A stretch of 64,000 nucleotides of DNA from an uncultured Methylomirabilota bacterium (lineage in GTDB: Bacteria; Methylomirabilota; Methylomirabilia; Methylomirabilales; 2-02-FULL-66-22): positions 672,001-736,000 of the forward strand of contig OY970067.1 in assembly GCA_963705305.1 (NCBI GenBank), in the 5' to 3' direction. Shown one piece after another: positions 9,767 to 19,168 of the stretch. The notes below the pieces were generated by a model. The model saw only the letters and a list, made by a program, of their open reading frames with translations. It was not told where the DNA came from and ran no database searches. Every line of letters starts with the position of its first letter. The stretch's first letter is position 1. Position numbers and translations under genes: made by a program.

Positions 9767-10927
9767 ATGGATATGACCACTCTGATGCGGGATGCGGCGG
9801 TGGCGAAGGCCCTGGCCTGGATTGACGCCCACGCCGCAGGGATTGCAGAGGAGACCGTCCGGATCTGCGAGATTCCGGCGCCCACCTTCGATGAAGGAGA
9901 CCGCGCCGCCTACGTCCGCGGCCGGTTCGAGCAGTTGGGCCTGCAGGATGTCGCCATCGACGCGGGCGGCAACGCGCGCGGGCGGCGTCCCGGCACCGGC
10001 GGCGGGCCGGGTTTGGCCATGGCGGCGCACCTGGATACGGTGTTTCCGCGCGGCACCGACGTGAAAGTCAAGCGGCAAGGGAGCCGCCTGGCCGCCCCGG
10101 GCATCGGCGACAACAGCGTGGCCATCGCCAGCCTGCTGGCCATGGTCGAGGCCCTGAATGCCGGAGGAGTGCAGACGGCGGGCGATCTCTACCTCGCCTC
10201 CAACACCGGCGAAGAGGGGTTGGGCGACCTGAAGGGGATGAAGGCCTTCATGGCCGACGTCAAGGACAGGGTGGCGGCCGCCGTGGCCGTGGAGGGGATG
10301 AAGCTGAATCGCCTCATCCACGTCGCCGTGGGCAGCCGCCGCTACAAGATCACCTTCACCGCGCGCGGGGGCCACAGCTGGGGTCACTTCCCTTCCCCCA
10401 GCGCCATTCACCTCATGGGACGCGCCATCGCGGACATCTCGCGGCTGGAGGTGCCCACCGATCCCAAGACGACCTACAACGTCGGGGTCGTCCAGGGCGG
10501 GACGACGGTGAACACCATCGCCGCCGAGGCCGATATGCTGGTGGACATGCGCTCAGTCGACAAGCGGTCGCTGGCGAATCTGGAGACCCGGATCCTGGCC
10601 ATCGTCGAGAAGGCCGCCAGGGAGGGGGACGGGCGGGTCAAGCTGGAGTTGGTGGGGGATCGGCCGGCCGGCTCCATCCCCGGCGATCACCCGCTGGTCC
10701 AGACCTGCCGGGCGATCCACCAGGCCCTCGGCCTGGCAACGTTCACGGAAGCCTCCAGCACCGACGCCAATGTCCCCTTGGGAATCGGCATGCCCGGCGT
10801 CTGCATCTCCATTACCGAGGGGGCCAACGAGCACCGGCTGGACGAGTACATTGAAACGGGTCCCATCCCGGTCGGCGCGAAGAACATCCTGCTAGCGGCC
10901 GTCGCCCTGACACGCGCCGGTCGCTAG
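9767..10927 (+). CDS. M20/M25/M40 family metallo-hydrolase
   Basis: AHLDTVF, PGIGDN, GEEGLG, GGHSW, STDAN, C-terminal H. Confidence 0.88.
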   Translation: MDMTTLMRDAAVAKALAWIDAHAAGIAEETVRICEIPAPTFDEGDRAAYVRGRFEQLGLQDVAIDAGGNARGRRPGTGGGPGLAMAAHLDTVFPRGTDVKVKRQGSRLAAPGIGDNSVAIASLLAMVEALNAGGVQTAGDLYLASNTGEEGLGDLKGMKAFMADVKDRVAAAVAVEGMKLNRLIHVAVGSRRYKITFTARGGHSWGHFPSPSAIHLMGRAIADISRLEVPTDPKTTYNVGVVQGGTTVNTIAAEADMLVDMRSVDKRSLANLETRILAIVEKAAREGDGRVKLELVGDRPAGSIPGDHPLVQTCRAIHQALGLATFTEASSTDANVPLGIGMPGVCISITEGANEHRLDEYIETGPIPVGAKNILLAAVALTRAGR

Positions 10928-10999
10928 CATTGGAGCGACGCCGGGGGGCGCCGGGCCCCCGGGCGTCCAGTGATAACCCCCAGCGAATGGATCGAGGCC

Positions 11000-12337
11000 A
11001 TGACAGACACCTGGGAAGAGACCGCCGGAAAGTTCCACCCCGCCAGCGCGCCGGACTACGTGCCGGTGCGGCAGATGCGCGACCTCCAGCTGGCCCGGCT
11101 CCAGGCCATCGTGCGCCGCGCCTATGCCAATGTAGAGTTGTTCCGCGCCCGCATGGACGAACGCGGGCTTCGCCCGGAGGACATTCGGAACCTGGCCGAT
11201 ATCGCGCACCTACCCTTCACGGTGAAGGCCGACCTGCGGGACACCTATCCGTTCGGGCTCTTCGCCAGCCCGATGCACGAGGTGGTCCGGCTGCACGCCT
11301 CCAGCGGTACCACGGGAAAGCCCATCGTGGTGGCCTACACGCAGGAGGATGTGTACGTCTGGTCCAGCGTGATGGTGCGCACCCTCGCCGCCTGCGGGCT
11401 CAGCCGCGGCGACATCATTCAGAACGCCTACGGGTACGGGCTCTTCACGGGAGGGCTGGGGGCGCACTACGGGGCGGAGGCGCTGGGCGCCACCGTCATC
11501 CCCATCTCCGGCGGCAACGCCGACCGGCAGATCATGGTGATGAAGGACTTCAAGGTCACGGCCATCTGCTGCACCCCCAGCTACTTCCTCCACCTGATAG
11601 AGCGCGCCGGCGAGCTGGGGGTGGATGTCCGCGCGCTGCCCCTGCGGGCGGGGGTCTTCGGGGCGGAGCCGTGGAGCGAATCCATGCGCCGCCACATCGA
11701 GGCCGCCGGGGGGATCAAGGCCTACGACATCTACGGCCTCTCGGAGATCATCGGGCCGGGGGTGGCCTCCGAGTGCGCCGAGCAGAGCGGCCTGCACGTC
11801 TTCGAGGATCACTTCTACCCCGAGATCATCGACCCCCACAGCGGCAAGCCGGTGCCCGACGGCACGGAGGGCGAACTGGTTCTGACCACGCTCAGCAAGC
11901 ACGCCATGCCCATGATCCGGTATCGGACCCGGGACATCAGCACCATGATTCCGGAGCCCTGCGCGTGTGGCCGCACCATCCGCCGGGTCAGGCGCATCAC
12001 CCGGCGCAGCGATGACATGTTCATCATCCGCGGCATCAACGTCTTTCCGTCACAAATCGAATCCGCCCTGCTGGCCGTGGAAGGCACCCTCCCCCACTAC
12101 CAGATCGTCTTGACGCGGGAGAAGGGACTGGACGAGATGGAGGTGCAGATCGAGGTCACCCCGGAGGTCTTCAGCGACAAGGTGGGGGCGCTGGAGCAGC
12201 TGCATCAGGCCCTGGCCCACGCTCTGTTCCAGACCCTCGGGATCCGGAGCGGCGTTCGGCTTGCGGCCCCTCACACCATCGCGCGCAGCGAGGGCAAGGC
12301 CAAGCGGGTAATCGATCAGCGCAACCTCGGTCAATAG
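11000..12337 (+). CDS. paaK: Phenylacetate--CoA ligase
   Basis: RLHASSGTTGKP, YGYGLFTGGLGAH, DIYGLSE, RYRTRD, RSEGKAKRVID. Confidence 0.92.
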   Translation: MTDTWEETAGKFHPASAPDYVPVRQMRDLQLARLQAIVRRAYANVELFRARMDERGLRPEDIRNLADIAHLPFTVKADLRDTYPFGLFASPMHEVVRLHASSGTTGKPIVVAYTQEDVYVWSSVMVRTLAACGLSRGDIIQNAYGYGLFTGGLGAHYGAEALGATVIPISGGNADRQIMVMKDFKVTAICCTPSYFLHLIERAGELGVDVRALPLRAGVFGAEPWSESMRRHIEAAGGIKAYDIYGLSEIIGPGVASECAEQSGLHVFEDHFYPEIIDPHSGKPVPDGTEGELVLTTLSKHAMPMIRYRTRDISTMIPEPCACGRTIRRVRRITRRSDDMFIIRGINVFPSQIESALLAVEGTLPHYQIVLTREKGLDEMEVQIEVTPEVFSDKVGALEQLHQALAHALFQTLGIRSGVRLAAPHTIARSEGKAKRVIDQRNLGQ

Positions 12338-12513
12338 GCCCATGTCCAAGACGCAGCTTCCCGCGTGATCTTGGGGGGATCCAGGGTCCTCCCGCCCCAT
12401 GCGGCTGGGGTCGGGTGAGTGACGGACAAGGGCCAAACGGTCACTGAGCCCCGGGCACCCCGCGGGCGGGGCTCTTCCAGCCGGGCGATCCACGCTCGGG
12501 AAACGGAGCCGAC

Positions 12514-12954
12514 ATGAAGATACACCAGCTTTCCCTGTTTCTGGAGAACAAGCCGGACCAGATGATCGGTCCCTGCCTGGCGCTGGCGCGATCCGGCATC
12601 AACATCCGGACCTTGACCCTGGCGGACACCAAGCAGTTCGGCATCCTCCGCCTGATCGTGTCCGATTGGCAGAGGGCACAGCAGGTCCTTCGGGACGCCG
12701 GCTACGTCGTGAACGTCACCGAGGTCGTGGCGGTGGAGGTCTCCGATCGGCCCGGCGGCCTGGCCCAAGTGCTGGAGGCGTTCGAGCAGTGCAACGTCAA
12801 CATCGAGTACATGTACGCGTTCACCTTTGGGCGCGAAGACAAGGCGGTCCTGATCTTTCGCTTCGACAAGCCGGATGCCGCCATCCAGCGCCTTCAGGCC
12901 GCCGGGATCAACGTGGTGGCCAGCACCGATGTGTACCAGGGCATCGTGGGCTGA
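12514..12954 (+). CDS. ACT-domain (amino-acid-binding) protein
   Basis: QLSLFLENKP, INIR, DRPGGL, NIEYMYAF; usual neighbour of paaK. Confidence 0.88.
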   Translation: MKIHQLSLFLENKPDQMIGPCLALARSGINIRTLTLADTKQFGILRLIVSDWQRAQQVLRDAGYVVNVTEVVAVEVSDRPGGLAQVLEAFEQCNVNIEYMYAFTFGREDKAVLIFRFDKPDAAIQRLQAAGINVVASTDVYQGIVG

Positions 12955-13055
12955 GGAAATTCCGCGGGCATCAGACGGGCGGAGAAGGAGAGGGCCCGCT
13001 GCAGCCGAATTCTCCTGGCATGGCAGACATTGCCGGCTCCTGATGCCTTCGAGAC

Positions 13056-13085
13056 TTGACCTCGTCTCCGACTTCTTGCTACTGT
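13056..13085 (+). promoter_or_regulatory. Putative sigma70 promoter of the GH88 gene
   Basis: TTGACC, 18 bp, TG-c-TACTGT. Confidence 0.5.
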
Positions 13086-13160
13086 GCCCTGGCTGACGTG
13101 TGATCCGGGCTCACCGACTCTCGCGGATATCGGGCCCCCGGGTATGGAGAGGCTTCCGGC

Positions 13161-14276
13161 ATGCTGGACACCGGCCGCTTCATCGCCAAGCTACAGGATG
13201 CCCTGGAATTCGCCGCCGCCCAGGTCAAAGCGATCGTCGAGCGCTATCCGGATCTCTCCCCCATGTATACCCGCCAGGGGCGATGGAAGCACGAGGGGGA
13301 GACCTGGACCCACTGGTGCGACGGCTTCCTGCCGGGCATGCTCTGGCTGATCCACATCCACACAGGCGAGCCATGGTTTCGCGAGCAGGCGGAGCGCTAT
13401 TCCCGCCCCCTGGAGCCCAGGCAACACGACCGGGACGTGCACGATCTCGGCTTCATCTTCATGTCCACGTACCATCACTGGTACCGCCTCACGCATGATC
13501 CGGCCCTGCGCGACGTCCTCATCCAGGCGGGCCGGACCATGGGATTGCGCTTCCAGCCGGCAGGCAGATACCTGTCCTCGTTCATCGGGCCCCAGTCGCT
13601 CTTCATCGACATCATGATGAATGTGGGCATCGTCTTCTACGCGGCGCGCGAGACCCAGGACGCCGCCCTCCGAGAGACCGCCATGGATCACTGCCTGACG
13701 ACCCGCCGGGTGCTGGTCCGCGGAGACGGCTCGACCGCCCACGAGGGAATTTTCGAGCTGAGCACGGGGGAGTTCCTTCGCCAGAGCACGCATCAGGGCC
13801 TGCGGGGCGACTCGACCTGGTCGCGCGGCTTGACCTGGTCCCTGTACGGATTCGGTACCGCGTACCGGTACAGCCGCGACCGCCGGTTCCTCGAAACCGC
13901 GGAGATGAACGCGGATTTTTACCTCGACCAGACCCCACCCCACGGCGTCCCCCCCTGGGATTACGACGCCGCTGCGGCGCAGGGAGGCCAGGTGGACAGC
14001 AGTGCGGCGGCGATCGCGGCGTCCGGCCTCCTCGACCTTGCCTCCTTCACGGCCTCGCGGGCCAAGACGCGCCTCTATCGCGACATGGCACTCCAGATCC
14101 TGGACACGTTGACGGAGGAGGAGTACTTGGCGCAGAGCGCCCCCGGGTGGGAAGGCATCCTCAAGCATGGGGTCTACCACACCCGGAAAGGTCTGGGGGT
14201 CGACGAGTCGGTGGTGTGGGGTGATTACTTCTTCGTGGAGGCGCTGACCAAGGCCCTGGCCCTGCTCGGCGCGTGA
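13161..14276 (+). CDS. Glycoside hydrolase family 88 (unsaturated glucuronyl hydrolase-like)
   Basis: WCDGFLPG, HDLGF, FIDIMMN, WSRGLTW, PWDY, DSSAAAI, WGDYFFVEAL. Confidence 0.88.
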   Translation: MLDTGRFIAKLQDALEFAAAQVKAIVERYPDLSPMYTRQGRWKHEGETWTHWCDGFLPGMLWLIHIHTGEPWFREQAERYSRPLEPRQHDRDVHDLGFIFMSTYHHWYRLTHDPALRDVLIQAGRTMGLRFQPAGRYLSSFIGPQSLFIDIMMNVGIVFYAARETQDAALRETAMDHCLTTRRVLVRGDGSTAHEGIFELSTGEFLRQSTHQGLRGDSTWSRGLTWSLYGFGTAYRYSRDRRFLETAEMNADFYLDQTPPHGVPPWDYDAAAAQGGQVDSSAAAIAASGLLDLASFTASRAKTRLYRDMALQILDTLTEEEYLAQSAPGWEGILKHGVYHTRKGLGVDESVVWGDYFFVEALTKALALLGA

Positions 14277-14332
14277 TGGAGAGGATGTGATCCGCAGGCG
14301 AAGGAGTCCGCCCCGGGGAGAAGAGAACCGAC

Positions 14333-16972
14333 ATGCGAACTGACCGACCGACGGGGAAAGGCGGGCTTCGCAGCCGCCTCATGCTGGCATTCCTTCTCGT
14401 CGGACTTGTTCCGGCGGCAGCGGGAGGCTTGCTGGGCGCCCGGCAGAGCCTGCGGGCCACCCAGGCGGCCCGGCTGGAAAGCGAGGAGCGCCTCATCGCC
14501 CTGTCCGCCGAGGCCGTGGCGGCGACCTTGCGGAACGGCCTCTGGATCCTGGAGGCGGCCGCCCAGGACGATCATCTGCGGCGGATGGCGGCGGCGGACG
14601 ATCGGGCCATGCTGGGCCTCAAGCTGCGGGAGATCCGCACACACTACCCCGACTTGGCCTCGGTCCTGGTCCTGAATGCATCGGGGGTCTTGCTGGCCAG
14701 CGGTCCGGATGCAAGCGCGATCGGCCAGGGCTTTCGGTACCTGGACTACTACCAGGGGGTTCTGCGGTCTCACAGCCCGTACATCTCGCCGGTGCCGTTT
14801 CAGGCGGGGGCGACCCGGATTCCCTCCCTGGCCGTTGCCGCTCCCATCCTGGGTCCCCGGGGCGACCTGCGCGGGGTCCTGGCTGCCACCTTTGCCTTGG
14901 AAAATCTGAGCCAGTTGCTGGATCCCCACCGTAGCGGCGGGCAGAGCCGCACCGACCGCGGCGTCATCTACCTCGTAGCGCCTTCTGGAACAATCCTCGC
15001 CCACTCCGACCCCGCCAAGTGGGCCACCCCGGTGGCCGAGAACGACGCCGGGGCCCGCGCCGCCCTGGCCGGCCGCCAGGGCTCCGTCACCTGGACGGCC
15101 TCCGATGGGACCGGCCGCACCAGCGTGTTCGCGCCTCTCCCGAAGCTTGGCTGGGGGCTGGTCTACACGCAGACCGCCAGCTCCTGGCTCTCCGCCCTCT
15201 CGGATCCGTTCCCCGGCATCCTGCCGGCCCTCCTCGTCGTGCTCGTCATGGCCGTCGTGGGTGGAACGCTGGCCGCCCGTCATCTCTCGCGACCCATCCT
15301 GAGGCTCCAGGAGGCGGCTTCGCGGCTGCGCGACGGGGATTTCTCCGCTCGCCTCCCTGAGAACCGCCAGGACGAGCTGGGAGACCTGGCGGCCGCTTTC
15401 AACCGCACGGCTGCCTCGCTCCAGGAGCTGTATAACAACCTGGAGGCAAAGGTGGCCGAGCGCACGGCCATCCTGAAGTCCACCAATTTGGAACTGGCCA
15501 GGGCCTCGCAGGTGAAATCGGAATTCCTGGCCCGCATGTCCCACGACCTGCGAACGCCCCTGAACGCCATCATCGGATTTACCGACCTGTTGCTGACGGC
15601 TCACGGCGATCCGCTGACGAACCACCAGCGCCGGTATCTGGGCCACGTGGCGAACGCCAGCCGTCACCTGCTGGATCTGATCAACGATATACTGGATCTC
15701 ACGCGCGTGGAGGCCGGCCGCCTGGAGATTCACCCGGTGCCCTGCCGGGTGGCCCCGTTGCTCGAGGAGGTGCTGGCCCTCTTCCGGAAACAGGCCCAGG
15801 ACCGGCGGATCTCCCTCACGCTGGAGGTCGGCTCTCCCCTAGGAGAGCTGCTGGTGGACCGGGTTCGCCTTCAGCAGGTCCTCCACAATCTCCTGTCCAA
15901 CGCGCTCAAGTTCACACCCGATGGGGGCATGATCGCCCTCGCAGCCCAGCAGATCGGATTGGAGCAGGAATTCACCGTCCGGGACACGGGGCCGGGCATT
16001 CCGGGCGAGGATCAGGAGCGAATCTTCGAGGCCTACGAGCAGGCCGGCACGCCGGAAGGGCAGCAGCGGGGCTCCGGCCTGGGTTTGGCCATAACCAAGC
16101 GGCTGGTGGAGCTGCACGGCGGAAAGATCTGGGTGGAGAGCGCGGTGGGGCAGGGCAGCGTTTTCAAAGTCCGGATGCCGGGCGCCTCCGCCGTCGAGGG
16201 CGAGCCGCAGGCCTCCGGGACCCCGGGGCATCTGGTGCTGGTCATCGAGGACGAGCTGCAAACGGCCGAGATGATCCGGGCCCACCTGACGCGGGGCGGC
16301 TACCGTGTGGCCCTCGTCGCCAGCGGCCACGCGGGGGTGGGGGCGGCCAAGCGCCTGCAGCCGCAGGCCATCATCCTGGACCTGGGCCTACCGGACCTGG
16401 ACGGATGGGAGGTGCTCTACCGCCTGAAGCGCGATCCGGCAACGCAGGACATCCCGGTCCTCATCGTCAGCGCCCAGGAACAGGGGCGACTCGGGCTCAG
16501 CCTGGGGGCCGTGGACTGGCTGCTGAAGCCGCTGGATCACGACCGGCTCATGGCGGCGCTGCAGCGCTGCCGGGAGCTGGGCGTGCCTACTCGCTCGTTC
16601 CGCATCCTCGTGGTGGACGACGAGCCGGCCGTCTTGGAGGCCCTGGAGGCGTTGCTGGCCAAGGAGGGTCACACCATCTGGCTGGCACAGGATGGCGACG
16701 AGGCCCTCCGCCGGGCTGAGCAGGATCCGCCCGACATCGTCCTGCTAGACCTGCACCTGCCGGGGCTGAGCGGATTCGAAGTTGTGAACCGGCTCCGCCG
16801 GATCCCGGGGATGGAAACGGCGCCCATCATCGCCTTCTCGGGCAAGTTCGTTTCGTCCGAAGAGCGGACGATGCTCACACAGCAAGCGGTCCAGTTCGTC
16901 GGAAAGTACGGGGCCGTGACGCTGAATCGACTGCTGGAGGATTTGCGGCGCATCAGCTTCCTCGCCAACTAA
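14333..16972 (+). CDS. Hybrid sensor histidine kinase (Cache-HAMP-HisKA-HATPase-2xREC)
   Basis: Two TM helices, HAMP (DELGDLAAAFN), MSHDLRTPLN, NALKFT, GSGLGLAI, two receiver domains. Confidence 0.92.
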   Translation: MRTDRPTGKGGLRSRLMLAFLLVGLVPAAAGGLLGARQSLRATQAARLESEERLIALSAEAVAATLRNGLWILEAAAQDDHLRRMAAADDRAMLGLKLREIRTHYPDLASVLVLNASGVLLASGPDASAIGQGFRYLDYYQGVLRSHSPYISPVPFQAGATRIPSLAVAAPILGPRGDLRGVLAATFALENLSQLLDPHRSGGQSRTDRGVIYLVAPSGTILAHSDPAKWATPVAENDAGARAALAGRQGSVTWTASDGTGRTSVFAPLPKLGWGLVYTQTASSWLSALSDPFPGILPALLVVLVMAVVGGTLAARHLSRPILRLQEAASRLRDGDFSARLPENRQDELGDLAAAFNRTAASLQELYNNLEAKVAERTAILKSTNLELARASQVKSEFLARMSHDLRTPLNAIIGFTDLLLTAHGDPLTNHQRRYLGHVANASRHLLDLINDILDLTRVEAGRLEIHPVPCRVAPLLEEVLALFRKQAQDRRISLTLEVGSPLGELLVDRVRLQQVLHNLLSNALKFTPDGGMIALAAQQIGLEQEFTVRDTGPGIPGEDQERIFEAYEQAGTPEGQQRGSGLGLAITKRLVELHGGKIWVESAVGQGSVFKVRMPGASAVEGEPQASGTPGHLVLVIEDELQTAEMIRAHLTRGGYRVALVASGHAGVGAAKRLQPQAIILDLGLPDLDGWEVLYRLKRDPATQDIPVLIVSAQEQGRLGLSLGAVDWLLKPLDHDRLMAALQRCRELGVPTRSFRILVVDDEPAVLEALEALLAKEGHTIWLAQDGDEALRRAEQDPPDIVLLDLHLPGLSGFEVVNRLRRIPGMETAPIIAFSGKFVSSEERTMLTQQAVQFVGKYGAVTLNRLLEDLRRISFLAN

Positions 16973-16983
16973 TCTGTCCTCAG

Positions 16984-17068
16984 TTTCGAAATTCGAATTT
17001 TCTCTTTCGGTTCTGCCCTGCCCCTCTGCGCCTTTTCGCCCCTGCGCCTCTGCCTCCCCGCGCCCCCC
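16984..17068. repeat. Degenerate 7-mer then 8-mer tandem repeats between convergent genes
   Basis: tttcgaa attcgaa ttttctc tttcggt, then cccctctg cgcctttt cgcccctg cgcctctg cctccccg cgcccccc. Confidence 0.6.
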
Positions 17069-17144
17069 CTGGCCGCTGCCGCTGGGCCTGCTCCCCCCTG
17101 CGGACCCGGAGCCCTCATTCGCCCCAAGGCCGCGCGCACTGCCC

Positions 17145-18167
17145 CTAGGCGGCCTTCGTTTCCATCTCCTTGGAGTACGTGCCGAAACGGGCGGACCCGT
17201 TGCAGCTGGCCCGGCGGGCGAAGAGCTGCTGGGCCTGGCGGACGTTGGCGGCGTTCCCCCGCCACGCCTGGAGCGACGGCTCCTGCAGGGCGCGGCCGTA
17301 CGAGAAGCTGAGCTGCCAGGGATGCGGCCCCATCGCGTTCATCGCGTTGAGGTTCTCCGTCGCCTGCTCCGCGGACTGCCCGCCGGAGAGGAAGACGATC
17401 CCCGGAACGGCCGCCGGCACCGCTCGGCGGAGACACTCCAGGGTCGCTGCGGCGACCTGCGCGGGCGTCGCTTGCTCCTTGCAGGCCTTGCCAGAAATGA
17501 CCATGTTCGGCTTGAGCAGCATCCCCTCCAGCAGGATGCGATGCTCTCCCAGCCGCCCGAAGACCGCGCGCAGGACAGCCTCCGTGACCCCCTCACAGCG
17601 CCGGATGTCGTGGTCGCCGTCCATCAGCACCTCGGGCTCGACGATGGGAACCAGGCCAGCCTCCTGGCTCAGGGCGGCGAATCTGGCCAGGTTCTCCGCA
17701 TTGGTTTCGAGACAGGCGCGGCTCGGCATGCCCGCCCCGATCGTGATGACGGCCCGCCACTTGGTGAACTTGGCCCCCAGCTCGCGGTAGTGCGACAACC
17801 GGTCGCGCAGTCCGTCCAACCCTTCCGTCACCTTCTCGTCGGGGAATCCCGCCAGCGGCGCTGTGCCCTTGTCCACCTTGATGCCCGGGAAGATCCCCCG
17901 CCCCGCCAGCAGTGCGGGAAACGGAGTCCCCTTGGGGCCGCTCTGGTGAATCGTCTCGTCGAACAGGATCACGCCGCTGATCCACCGCTCGATCTCGGGG
18001 GTCGTGAACAGCATCTCCCGGTAGGCGCGCCGCGTCTCCTCCGTGGACTCCACTCCCACCCCCTTGAACCGCTTGCCGATCGTTCCCATGCTCTCGTCCG
18101 CCGCCAGGATCCCCTTGCCTTTCAGAACCAGACTGCGCGCAACGGATTCCAGCTGCGTCGTGTTCAT
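17145..18167 (-). CDS. Fructose-bisphosphate aldolase class I (eukaryote-like type)
   Basis: GILAADES, GIKVDKG, KWRAVI, PIVEPEV, LKPNMV, FLSGGQ, FSYGRALQ. Confidence 0.95.
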   Translation of the reverse strand: MNTTQLESVARSLVLKGKGILAADESMGTIGKRFKGVGVESTEETRRAYREMLFTTPEIERWISGVILFDETIHQSGPKGTPFPALLAGRGIFPGIKVDKGTAPLAGFPDEKVTEGLDGLRDRLSHYRELGAKFTKWRAVITIGAGMPSRACLETNAENLARFAALSQEAGLVPIVEPEVLMDGDHDIRRCEGVTEAVLRAVFGRLGEHRILLEGMLLKPNMVISGKACKEQATPAQVAAATLECLRRAVPAAVPGIVFLSGGQSAEQATENLNAMNAMGPHPWQLSFSYGRALQEPSLQAWRGNAANVRQAQQLFARRASCNGSARFGTYSKEMETKAA

Positions 18168-18254
18168 GATCCGTCTTCCCCCTTCCCGTCCGACCCGCTC
18201 CGCCCATCGGATCGGGCGCTCATTTCTTGTTCCCAAGAACCACCAGCGCCGCAA

Positions 18255-18469
18255 CTACTTCCTCTCACCCGAATGGTCCTCGTCCGAATGCGACCCGCTC
18301 AACCCCCCACTGATCTTGTCGGAGATCCGCTTGATCATGCCGGGCGGGCGAACCTCGCGCCGCACCCCGGGCAGACCAGCTCCTCCTCCGGATACTCTCC
18401 TTCCGGGAAGGTCGCGACGAGACGATCGCAATTGGAGCACCTGAACTGAACACGCGTGTGTTCGCTCAT
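18255..18469 (-). CDS. Small zinc-ribbon protein, apparently frameshifted
   Basis: GAGGGG RBS; MSEHTRVQFRCSNCDR...VCPGCGA; stops at TGA 18335-18337, but one extra G gives ...CGAEVRPPGMIKRISDKISGG...RK* ending at 18255. Confidence 0.55.
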
Positions 18470-18527
18470 CACATTCCATCCCCTCACAAGGGGTGCGACC
18501 TCGCTCCCGCTTTTCTGACAACGCGGC

Positions 18528-18557
18528 GTGACGACTCCCCTGTCTCGATGATACACT
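18528..18557 (+). promoter_or_regulatory. Promoter for probable leaderless arfB transcript
   Basis: GTGACG, 18 bp, TG-a-TACACT (18552-18557), 6 nt, ATG; no Shine-Dalgarno. Confidence 0.5.
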
Positions 18558-18563
18558 GCTAAC

Positions 18564-18995
18564 ATGGCTCGCGCACTCGACGTCACCGACACCGTCCGCA
18601 TCCCGCCTCGCGGCCTGAGCATCCGCACCCTCCGGTCCTCCGGACCAGGGGGACAGGCCGTCAACAAGCTGGCCACGAAGGTGGTGCTCCGCGTGGAGCT
18701 GGACGCCGTCCAGGGCCTCTCCCCGGCCGCCCGCGAGCGGCTGCGCGCCCTGGCCCGCCGCCGCCTGGACCGCGACGGGTACCTCGTCGTCTCCAGCCAG
18801 GCCTCCCGCGAGCAGGCCCGGAACCTGGAGGACGCCCGCCAGAAGGTCCGGCGCCTGGTCCTGGCGGCCCTGCGGGAGCCGAAGCGGCGTCACCCCACCC
18901 GCGTGCCGGCGGCCGTGCGCGAAGCCCGCCTCCGGGCCAAGAAGGCTCGTGCCGCCCTGAAGCAGAAGCGCGGGCGGCGCCCTGAGGCGGAGTGA
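18564..18995 (+). CDS. arfB: Alternative ribosome rescue peptidyl-tRNA hydrolase
   Basis: RSSGPGGQAVNK (GGQ), R.Q.RN, basic tail (PKRRHPTR...RLRAKK). Confidence 0.92.
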   Translation: MARALDVTDTVRIPPRGLSIRTLRSSGPGGQAVNKLATKVVLRVELDAVQGLSPAARERLRALARRRLDRDGYLVVSSQASREQARNLEDARQKVRRLVLAALREPKRRHPTRVPAAVREARLRAKKARAALKQKRGRRPEAE

Positions 18996-19168
18996 CGGGG
19001 CCGGCCCCCGCCGCGGACGGCGCCAGGAGAAAGGACGCCCGGCCTCAGCTGGTTCGCCGACGGAGTTCGTGCAGCCGATCGTCGAATGGAGGAAGGCAAC
19101 GAATGGATGGGTGGCCGGCGGATCCCGCAGGGGGCGGGGAAAGGATGGGAATACGGCCGAATCGAGGA

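Noticed and set aside
5950..9885. 1311-aa minus-strand ORF and many other long overlapping ORFs
   Set aside because: Antisense shadows of metG/purM/dcuC caused by high GC3; no recognisable domains
18296..18337. Selenocysteine readthrough of the zinc-ribbon TGA (selA is present)
   Set aside because: TGA is not at a Cys-motif position, readthrough adds only 11 unremarkable residues and no convincing SECIS is visible; a frameshift explains it better
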